DNA of 64,000 bases from Eledone cirrhosa (lineage: Eukaryota), in contig OZ024740.1 in NCBI GenBank assembly GCA_964016885.1, positions 267,468,001 through 267,532,000 of the forward strand. The letters are read 5' to 3'. How positions within the stretch are numbered: the first letter of the stretch is position 1; every line of letters starts with the position of its first letter. Below the pieces are notes generated by a model that was not told the origin of the DNA, searched no databases, and saw only the letters and a list, made by a program, of their open reading frames with translations. Shown here piece by piece: positions 53,451-64,000 of this stretch. Both the position numbers and the translations under genes were made by a program.

Positions 53451-56400
53451 GTTAACGAGGGTGGTTTGTTAGCTTGCAGTAACAAGTTCAAGCTCACCCA
53501 TAAACATAGGAATAGATATAGTCCCATAGCTCCTAATGATGTTGTATTGGTATTCTGTATTTCTTGGGCATTTTAAGCCTAGTGGAGCCCAACTCTCTCC
53601 AGGCCTGAGTATAGCAGATTTCTTCCAGAGAAGGATAGAAAGTGAGAAAGAGTTATAGAGGAAGAATTGACCCTGGTACTAGATTGGTAATTTTTGATAG
53701 ACCTCGAAAGGGTGAAATACAAAGTTGACCTCAGTGGGATTTGAACTCACAGAGCAGAAAGCCAGAATGAATACTGCAAAGCACTCTATCCGACGTTCTA
53801 ATGTTCTGCCAATTCACCGCAAAATATGGAGGAAGCTGTTCCAATAATTAAGACTTTAGCAGAAACTCATAAATTGTCTGTTTTCACTAATTAACTAATG
53901 TTATGTTACAGCTGGCCTCCTACAAGGCTGCATGCATCTCACAGAGATTTGTTAGGGTGTTTTAATTATAAAGTCACCAGGTCTATAATGAAAAGCAATC
54001 TGAAATGAAGTATTATTTTCAAGAAAACAATGTTCCACCTGACCCAAGATTTGACCCCACGACCTTATTTATGATTATGAGTCCAATCCTATAACAACTA
54101 TGCCACCTCATCCTTTGCTAATAAGCTAATAAGTTAAGAACAATGATAGAAATAGATTTTAGAATGTAGTGGTACACAAACATCCGTAAGGAAAAAAGCT
54201 GAACAACACTATAACCCTCTTCACCCAATAAAATGAAAATGAAAAATAGAGAACACTTTCCTCATGTGTATCCTTATTTCCATTATTGGCTAAATACCAT
54301 TATACTTTCACATAGATTTTTACCTCTCTACACTAGTTTGACATTTATTTTTGCTTTCTCTCTTTAAATATCTGGTGCTTATAATTCTAAAATCCTTCTT
54401 AGATTGCTTTAGATTTGACAAATACTTGTAATTAATCTGGTTAATTTAAAAGGCCTTATTAATTACTTTTCTGGCTATTTTAGCATTGCTATTTACATGA
54501 AGTAGTATTTAATTGAAAATAGTTGAAAACATTACACAAAGCGGTTCAACAAATACTTGAGGTGAAAATCTCCTGAATTAAATACATTACATAAAAATTG
54601 TTCAACAGATTCCCTTGAAAAACTCAATGAAACATTACAAATTCAACAATTGAAATTCTATTTAATTGCATAAAACCTGTAGTAACTGAAAATATTTAAT
54701 ATTTTCTAATAAATGATTCTTTCTTTAATGAAATTGATATAGAAAAGCAACAATTTACTTGGAAAAAAAAACAATGTAAAACAAAACAATGAAAAAAGTA
54801 ATTTTGTTAAAAATGTTTAGAAGAAAAGTATTGTGTTTCTGAAGTATTTCAACTTTTTTTTTTTTTCATGTGAGTTCAAAATACATACCAATGACAACAA
54901 GAGAAAAATGGTTATTAAAATTTTGTTTAAATGTTTGAAGTTAAAACTGGTTTCTTTTTAGCTAGGAACAAAAAGGGTATATATTTCCAGGAGGGTAAGA
55001 AATCAGATGTTGGAATGTAAATGTCATTGTTATAGACATTAGCTAGGTATAAGGGAAGTGAATTGAGTTTCAAAAGAGTATTTTGCAAACCCACATCAAG
55101 TCATGTTACTATGTAAGAAAATGGGTGAGAAAAACATAAAACAATAGTAAAAGTCAGTTTGTGCAGAAGTAAATTACGATCCAAATTTTAAACGAGATAA
55201 TAATAATTGTCGTTAGTTTTTTTTTTTCTATTTTCTTTCTTTGTTTCTTTTTTTTTTGAGAGAGAGAGAATACCATAACTTATAACTCCCACTAATGAAA
55301 GGCTTTGCTTTTTTTAATAGGAAGTCAATAAAATAGGTATTGCCAGTCAAATACTGAGAATTTAATTAACTGTTCCCTTCCCATCTAGATTTGTGACCAT
55401 GTGCCAATGTTTAGAAATTATTAATATAAAATATTATTAAGGTGGTGGATTGGTAGAGTGATTAGAACATTGGAGAAATGCTTAGAAGTATTTGTTATGG
55501 TTCTTTACATTAATGTGTTCAAATCCTACTAAAGTCAACTTTGCCTTTCATCCTTTGGTGGTTGTTAAAATATAAGTACTGGGGCTGATATAATTGATTT
55601 TCCCTACTCCTTCAAAGAAGGATTTATTATTACATTGGCACAGACCACAAATTGGTATAGTCGACCAATTTAACCCTCGCCAACCTCGTGCACATGCCTG
55701 GTGCTTATTTCATTATAACACAGAATTATTGAACTAGAGGAATTAATTCAGCTTTCTTTTGTTTTTGCCATTCCACCACCTTTTATATGATATATAAAAT
55801 GAGTCAAAGAGTAAGTTTGTATGTGGTCACTCAACTTGATAGAAATAGCTGCTAAGTCTCCCTCAAATCCTATCTTTTCACCTTAAAGAAAGGAAGGATA
55901 CATTAGATAATGATGTCCTAGATAGCTCTAAAAAGACAGGATAGACATGAAAGGAATGTATTTGATCAAAAGTATGCAAGGTCAGGATGACCTAAGATTA
56001 AACAGCATATAATATTAATCGATTGAATCCAATTCTCTAACCACTAAACCACACACCTTCACACATAATATTAAAAAAGATGTTTAATTAAGTATTCCTC
56101 ACATGCACTGCATGACCTTATGATCAAAAGTTTCTATCATAATGTAAACAATTCTATTGGCTCCAGTAAAATTGATGAGAAGTACATCCATACCTTTCAC
56201 AATAGTATCAACATCATATGTAAAATAAAAGAGATACAGCCACTTATTGCAGATTTGATTTACACTGAGTTTAATTCTGGTGCTTGTCATTATAAACACA
56301 AATCATTTTCTTCTTTAACAAAGACCTTAAATTATAATTGATTCAGTCAAACCTAGTAACCAACAGACCTCAAAGTCAAAGAGAGTTGTGGTAGGATTTT

Positions 56401-57822
56401 GGAACAGCAAATGCAGAGGAATCAAACTGAATACTGTAAGGCACTTACTGTAAGGTGCTTTACCATATTTGAAATTCCACAGCCTTCTGTTCTTATGCAA
56501 TATAGATAAGTCTTTGATAGAATTCCTTGCTCTGTAGTCAGGCAGCCATTAAAGAAACTAAGTACAGGTATATATCTTGTTTTCATTATTGCTCTTGAGG
56601 GTTAAAAAATGGTTCAAGAAAATTCTTATATGTTGATGGCCACAGCAGAATCTATTCAAGAGCTACAGGAAAAGAGACATATGAGCTGGAGATCAAAGGC
56701 CTAAGAATAACTGTGGCAAATACCCAAATGGTAATTAGAAGCGGAGAGCACAAAAATCCCAGTGATATCTGAGAAAAAGTCTTGTTTGATGTGTAGAATA
56801 AGAGGAAGTAGGGATTCATTTTTGTGTAAACAATGCAATCAAGAATTATATAATATTGCAACAGGATCCCTGAGAGAAAACCAGAGAACTAGACATGATA
56901 GCTGCACAATACTAGTTAGTAGCAGTTGTAGCCAGAAAATGAAGCTCAGGCATTTTACTGTGTGTTGTTAATAGTTTCTATTACTGAAGACACCAAATTA
57001 GTGCTGAAAATATTTGTAATGAAAGCAGCGTAAAATAAAAGAGCGGGTGGGTGGAAGAAGCTTATACATTTCTTATGTTATTTGGAATGAAAGGGCTTTC
57101 TTTGTAGTGCAAAAGACAGACTGGATAAAGTATTTGTAAGAAGTATGTTGCTTCTTACATGTGAAATAGGGGACATTGAGAATGAAAAACCTGAGTACAA
57201 ATGGTGATGTAAAACATTGGGGTACTGCCTTTCAGAAGAGATAAAATACCAAGACCAATTGGCAGTGTTTCTGCAAAGCCAACACCTTTAAACTACACCA
57301 GTATGAAAATACAAATATTAAAATGACAATGATGATATTGTGAGACTGCAAATTTGTAGGGATGGATTATAGTTGATAAATCAACTACTCAATAGATACT
57401 TGGTATTTATTTTCTAAATTGAAGAGAATAAAGTCAGTATTAGCAGGAGTTTCTTCACTATTTTTGACATTCCACTATCTCACAAGCTGGTGCTCTCTTC
57501 CAAATGTTCTACATAAGGCCTTGTCTTATAGAAGCAATGTTTGTCCATAAACAAGATAAAGTAACAACATCCCTCTATGAGCTTGCAAATGAGAAAGGAA
57601 AATAGAGAGGGGGAAGGGAGAGAGGCAAAGATAGAATGAAAGAAAGAGATAGCGGATTGAGAACAACTGACCCCAGTACTTAACCAGCACTATATTTATT
57701 GTTCCCAGAAAGATGACAAGGAAATTTGACTTAAGCAGGTTTTAAAGTCAGATAACAAAAAGCCTGAACAAATACCACAAGACATTTTATCCAAATTTTC
57801 TTCCTTAAATAATTATATAATA

Positions 57823-58001
57823 CCATATATATTCGAATATAAGCCGACGAATATGTGATCAAAAATTAATGGTAGAAGGAGTCAATATTTTATCAATTTT
57901 CATCAACTTCAAATTCTACGTAAATAAGGTTTGGATGTTTGCCCATTTCTCAGACATAAAACAGCTTATATTCGCTTTGGCTTATATTTGGGTATATATG
58001 G
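57823..58001. mobile_element. pogo/Tc1-mariner-type MITE with TA TSD
   Basis: ta-ccatatatattcgaatataagcc / ggcttatatttgggtatatatgg-ta. Confidence 0.75.
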
Positions 58002-58123
58002 TAATTCTTTCTAATTTAGGCAAAAGGCCAGCAATTTGAGGGATGGAGAAAGTCGATTATATTGACTCCAGTACTTGACTGGTATTTTATTTTATGTATC
58101 TCAGAAAGATGAAAGAAATAATA

Positions 58124-58159
<36 letters not shown>

Positions 58160-58709
58160 GTAATTATTTTACTTGCCACAACAGCAACAAATGTGAGGTG
58201 GGGAAACATTACAAGGACAAATTACCAAAAAAAATAATAAGAATAATAAAAATTGAAGAAGAAGACAAAAATATGTACATGCAAAACTATTATTAAGAAA
58301 TCGCGGGTAATTTTTAAGAGCTTCATTTTGTGATGTAATCTGTACTGATGTAGTTGTTATATAATAAATGTGTGGAGTGTGGGAGTAGCAAAATGTGTGA
58401 TACAGTTGAAACAACTTAAATGTTCAAGGTCATGACAGCTAGAGAGAACCTGAACATATTTTGAAGATCATTTTATATGGTGGTGGTGGTGGCGGCAGCG
58501 GTTGTGGTGGTAGTGGTGGTTGTGTTGATGGTTGTTGATTTAGTGGTTGTGTGGCAGGAGGGGATTGAATAAAAGTTGAGGGAGAGAGAGAAAGGGTTGG
58601 GGTTGGGGAACACTTTTCTACATTTGCCAAGAATATTCAATGGCTTGGATGACTTGTTAATGTCAAACTCTATAAACAAACTTTAAAATATATATATATA
58701 TATATATAT

Positions 58710-58876
58710 GTGAAGTAATTCCATCGGAAAAGTCCAGGAAAAAAGAGTGCTCTATGTAGGCAACAGAGCTTAATTATTATTATTATGTAATAAACAACAT
58801 AAGGCAATTATTCCATTTACCAGTGGTTTCTTAAATGGAATAATTGCCTTATGTTGTTTATTACATAATAATAATA
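58710..58876 (-). mobile_element. TA-flanked fold-back element with hammerhead 3' remnant in the loop
   Basis: Perfect ~45-bp arms 58775-58819 / 58832-58876; loop on minus strand reads aGAAA-ccactgg-TA|aatggaa. Confidence 0.75.
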
Positions 58877-59310
58877 TATATATATATATATATATATATC
58901 GGAGGGGAGAGACAGGAGATTAAACAAGGCTGGATCGGAGGTGAGGAGAAAACATATCTTTAGAAACTCCATTAGTTATGATGCTGACTCAACATTTACA
59001 GACTCACTTCTGCTCTGCTTAATTACACAAATGTAATAATGATGACAACAATGATGGCAGCAATGATGATGATGATGATGGCAGTGGATCTGATGATGTG
59101 CAATGAAATTTAAAATTAAAAATTCTTAGGGTATCATAAATGGCAATATATTGTAAATATATATCATTTTGGGAATAGATTTTGATTCAAGAATTAAATG
59201 TTTGTGTGTGTGTGTTCAGACTATTCTCCTATTGGTCATGATAAATTACATACACATGATATGCATATACTCATATGTATGTGCATATATATATATATGC
59301 ACATACATAT

Positions 59311-59874
59311 GAGTATGAGAGACGACAGCTGTATAAAAAAGAGCAGGGCGATCAAAATTGATGGAAGTTACGGAGAAGGCAGACCCAGAAAAACCTGGGA
59401 TGATTTGATAAATTCCGACCTTAGACACTTACACCTCTCTAAGACAATGTCACTGGACCAAGATCTTTGGCGCTACACAGTAATACAGAAAACCCGCCTT
59501 GCCTAAGTACAAAGCGAAACCTACAGTCAGTAGGCACCTCTTAATCAAATATACACCCAATCCCCACCCCCATCAACACCACCCCTTTCTCTGTAAAGTT
59601 ATGTTGGTACCACAACATCCAGTCGTAAATAAATGAGGTTGTGTAGGTGTCAAGACAAAATAACACAGTCCACACTGTAATGTGGCCGTGTAGGTAACTT
59701 CCCAGTCCACGCTGTAAACGTGGTTGGTGTTAGGAAGGGCATCCAGCCGAGAAAACCTGCCAGACAGTCCCATACGAGCGAGACGACCAATCTTGCCTCA
59801 AGTGGGACAATTCCCGTCGAAACTCATGCTAGCGTGGAAGATAGACGTTAAACGATGATGATGATGATGATGAT
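59311..59874 (+). mobile_element. RTE LINE 3' end
   Basis: MRDDSCIKKSRAIKIDGSYGEGRPRKTWDDLINSDL...DQDLWRY, 3' UTR and (GAT)n tail. Confidence 0.9.
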
Positions 59875-60164
59875 ATATATATATAAACACACACACACAT
59901 CTGTCTATATAGGTACACATTTATTCTTATGCATAGCTCAAGTGCAATGCAACATGGATATTTAAATGTATTGGATGATATATATATATCATGGATATTT
60001 ATGCTTGAGCACAGTGTATATTCAAAGATTTATGTTAAACTTATATTAGATATATAGCGATATTTCTTTGTACATAGAAACAGTAGGTATTCAGGCTCTG
60101 ATGAAATGACAATAATCACTGAAATGTTGTCATGAGAATAATTTCAGTGACAGATCCAGGTTTT

Positions 60165-60400
60165 GTTACCCAAAAGGCTGAAAAATCACAAGTTGCTTTG
60201 TGATAGATTCATCATTAAACCTATGGAAACTTCTAGCATCTTGGGTCCCCAAAATACCTCTCTACTGGCTGCTATCAGGATGGAGTTGGCAGTCTACAGG
60301 AATGAGACATGCAAGCTGGAATGGCTCTTTCAGCGCATCTCCTTTGCTATTCTCCATAGTAGCACTTTATCTATTCTGTATGCTGGGATCAGAAGGTAAC
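60165..60400 (+). pseudogene. C-terminal remnant of a CRE-clade-like RLE non-LTR retrotransposon
   Basis: FIIKPMETSSILGPQ...EWLFQRISFAILHSSTLSIL resembles F.P...ET.G..GP....WLFQRIS.AI.RGN..SIL. Confidence 0.55.
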
Positions 60401-61679
60401 ATATGCCTGGGTTTCTTGCAAGCTGGAGAGGCATAGTGAACAAATGGGGTCTGACAACATTTCATCACATGATTTGTGCTGTTACCATTGGCATACACTG
60501 ATAGATGTATACACATGATGCAAAAGTATTGCCATTATAAATCTAATTTTTATGAATACTTTGATTGATGTCAAGAATATTAGAGAATGTCAAGAACTTG
60601 AGCAATTCATCTATTCATAAGCAAATGCGTGTGATATTTTCATGTATTCAGTATTATATTGTGAAAAGCACAGACTAGTAAGGATGTTATCTAATGTTAA
60701 TTCATAAATATTCTCCAATATATTGCTTTTGTTTTGTCAAGAAATGTCTACAAACAAAGGTACCAAAGTTAAAAATGGAACAGTAGACTTTGACATTTTC
60801 TTTAAAAAATGTCCAAATATCATCCAAAACACAAGTATATTAACCGTTCCATGACCATATTTCTAATGACATACACTTTATTTCAATTAGTTAATGAAGA
60901 ATTTTGAGGGATTTACTAAAATTATCTATTATTTCATTACTAAGATAGTAACTTAATGTAAGGTTCTTATATAAGATTATGTTGGAAGATTTTAATTTAA
61001 ATTGGAAACCTTTAAAATGGGTGTTTTTATTTCATAGAATCAGAGCTGGTTTTGGCCGGTTGGGCAACAAAGGGATTAAGTGTCCTATTGAAGATATTGA
61101 AGATTTGATTGAAAGAATGAGCTGGAAAGCATATTATAAAGAAAACCAAGTTCAAATAGAATAATTTCTGTGTATAGAGGAATACTTGAAAATGTTTACA
61201 TTTTACAATTCATTCTTTTCTCAGCTAGTGTTACTTATATTTATCTTAAGCTTACTTTAATTCTTCACGAACATACACACATATTGTGGGTGCAGATGTG
61301 TGAGTGTGTATTTACAATTTTGATGAGGCAATTTAATTTATATAATTACATTAATGGCTTGAAAACTTTCATCCATAACGTTAATTTAAATATTGTTAAG
61401 TTTATGATTTTATTGTTTTTTTTTCTTCTTCATTTGTTTGTTTCAATGGGCTTATTCCATTTTTGTAATAAATTATTAAAATGGATTTATCTTTAAGGCT
61501 CCATGCATCCCCTGTTATGTTTTATAAATCCATAACATATTATTTCTTTTATTTTATATTGTTAATGCATTTGAATAAGATATAAAATAATAATAATAAA
61601 TACTATATTTTAAGTCATTATTTTCTTATATTTTGATATCAAATTATTTGTTGTGATGTTTTAGAAATCATTTGTATAT

Positions 61680-62280
61680 GAAAATGTGTAAAATCTTCTA
61701 AAGCAATTAATGGCTTTGTGTTTTGTGGGATTTTTGTACCCATTCAGACACTCACAAATCATCATTAAAATTCATATATTTATCTGCAGGTTTATTATGT
61801 ACACGTGTTGTTACTTTATAATTGTTATTATGGATATTTATTTTTATAAAGCTTTAGGATTTCATTAATATTAATAAGGTTAAATGAAAATTCGACTACA
61901 GTGCTATTTACTTTTGTCATTTTCAGATTCTGAGCATCTACTTTATTTTCAGTAATTATGAATATGTCATCACCATATCTAAAATAACAGGTGTTTTTTT
62001 GTTGGCATAACTGGAAGTATATTTTCAATTATACATGTAGCTAATGTAGATCCAAATGGGATCCTATATTAATGTCATTGAAATGATCAAAGGTATTTGA
62101 TTCTAAACAGGAATATTTATAGTGCAACATTTGAAGTATTACATAATTTGTGAATATCAAAATGATGGTACTTAATGTAAAATATTGTTACATCTTACTA
62201 GGGTCAATTGCAATAATACACATGCTTTTCCTGATATCTTTTAATTAACAGCCAGATTTAAAATACAACAATATTTCCTA
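61680..62280 (-). pseudogene. Highly decayed Penelope-like element reverse transcriptase
   Basis: Minus strand, frameshifted, motifs in correct order: DVT..FT.VP-like, IGSHL (cf. MGSPL), YFRYGDDIF (cf. YFRYVDDIF), ECLNG. Confidence 0.55.
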
Positions 62281-64000
62281 ACAAGCAACAACAACTGTTT
62301 GACCCCCCCCCCCACACACACACAGTTTATTCTATATTCCTCTTTTACTGCTACTACATCAACAATTTCTCTGTTCTAGCAAGCAAGATGCCAACTAATT
62401 TCTCCATGATCCACATATTGTACATATATCTTCTTTTCTTGTTACTTATACCATGTCTCATTTTCTCTTCTATCTCAGACACTACAGTAAACATTTTACT
62501 CTTACATTCTTCTCTCAGGGCATCAAAATTTTGAAATTTCTTCCTTGTCTCCAATTTATTTCTCTTGTTGTTCAACTCTAGATCAGTTTTGATACAACAA
62601 ATTTAAGATCAAGGCATTCCAGTCATGACATTTCCATTCCTTTCTATGGTACAATGCGTCAAAGACAATATTATCAAACGCATATTTTTTTAAGATACTA
62701 AGGAGAAATTTGGGAGAGATTTGTTAGGTATTTCTACCATATCAAGTGACCCCAGAGAGGTATATTTTTAGTTCATCTCTGTCCAAATGACTTACACGTG
62801 TTGACCTAGAGATATTCAATTGAAACATCTCCATTTACAACGAATATAGAATAAACAAGTTGACTTTAAGTGAAAATATATTTTCAAGACAAGATTAGAC
62901 AAATTTGAAAATGCTGATAAGATTAATTGAAAACTTATTGAAATATGCCAAACTAATTAAATTTCTAATTTACCTCACATACTCCAAAGGTCAATCAGCA
63001 ATTAATGAACTGCTAATGAAACCCTCATCAAAAGTTATGTGAGCCATACATTTAAAAGTATAGCTTAGAAGATCTGTTCTTGCTTTTTATTCCTGCAATG
63101 TGTAAATATGAAGAAAATATCCTCAAAATAATTGCTAATGTGGTGAAGGTGCAATTTACTTCAGATAATGTACTTGCTTACTCAAGTGGTAACCAGCTAG
63201 TCAGTAATGAAGGTAAAATAAAGTGCACGTTCTTGTTACTTAATGTTATATCCATGACTCCAGGTATATAATGGATCCAGGTATAATATTATATGATAGG
63301 TATAAATATATATAGATGTATAAATATGTATAGATGTATAGGATATTATACCAACAAAGATATTTAGACAAATTTCTCATGGTGATACAAGATGACAATC
63401 ATAAAGAAAACAAACAAAGATAAAGAATTCTCAGTAGCATCAATAACTACATCCTGTCCTGAAGTTTATAATGCTCAATTTAACAGCTTCATGAAATGCA
63501 TTCTAACCAATGATTAAAAAATGTTTAAGATATGGAGGTAAAATACAATTTTGAAGGATTCAAGACAAGGGATTTTCGTCATATATCATGGGGCACACGA
63601 AACAAGTGTCACAGAAGATAATATTAGAACCTGGAAAGAGGACACAGAGGGGGACCCTGGATAGAAAGTTTTAACAGAAATAGTCAAAGTTCTTCTTTAT
63701 GATAGCAAAGATAGTGGGGACGAAGATGATGATGAACCATTGCCCAAGAAACCTAAACTCCTCCTAGTATGAACATTCCTTGATAATGTGTCTTTATTTA
63801 TTGATTTATCAACAGAAACAAATGTTCAGCAATGTTATCAACATTTTTGTGTTTTGAGAGAAGTCAATATTTGAAAGCAGCATCAGTACACAACAGTAAT
63901 TTGACTAACTCTTCAAAAAAAGGCTTTCCATCATTGCAGTAGCTGTTAAGCCTACTGATAATATTAATGACCTGCCTGCTGTTAACTCAGACCCTCCCCA

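Noticed and set aside
60092-60150. CTGATGA..GAAA tgttgTC motif
   Set aside because: Stems I and III do not pair convincingly; at best a relic, not called
62800-64000. Possible hAT transposase relic or host exon
   Set aside because: Only vague motif resemblance with many stops

Overview
AT-rich, CpG-poor, repeat-saturated eukaryotic DNA. The style (long (TA)n/(TACA)n tracts, RTE LINE 3' ends with (GAT)n tails, tRNA-/Meta-type SINEs) suggests an octopus/cephalopod genome; this is inference only. No intact host CDS is recognisable, and most supplied ORFs are microsatellite artefacts. Besides ordinary decayed TEs (RTE, R4/Dong-like, CRE-like, Penelope RT remnant, MITEs, a Helitron-like element), the window holds a coherent non-coding system. 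Many short, mutually unrelated inserts sit in or beside (TA)n tracts and carry minimal type-I hammerhead ribozymes (CUGANGA...GAAA, often palindromic stem III, NUH site). Many also have a fold-back (inverted) 5' copy of themselves that ends at a TAT/ATA microhomology with the TA tract. The centrepiece is 30431-32580: near-identical 422-bp monomers, each with one hammerhead, arranged as about 3.1 copies in one orientation plus 2 inverted copies (retrozyme/Penelope pLTR-like). An ~850-bp-arm inverted duplication at 5813-7746 shows the same junction signature. All ribozyme folds were read by eye and activity is untested.
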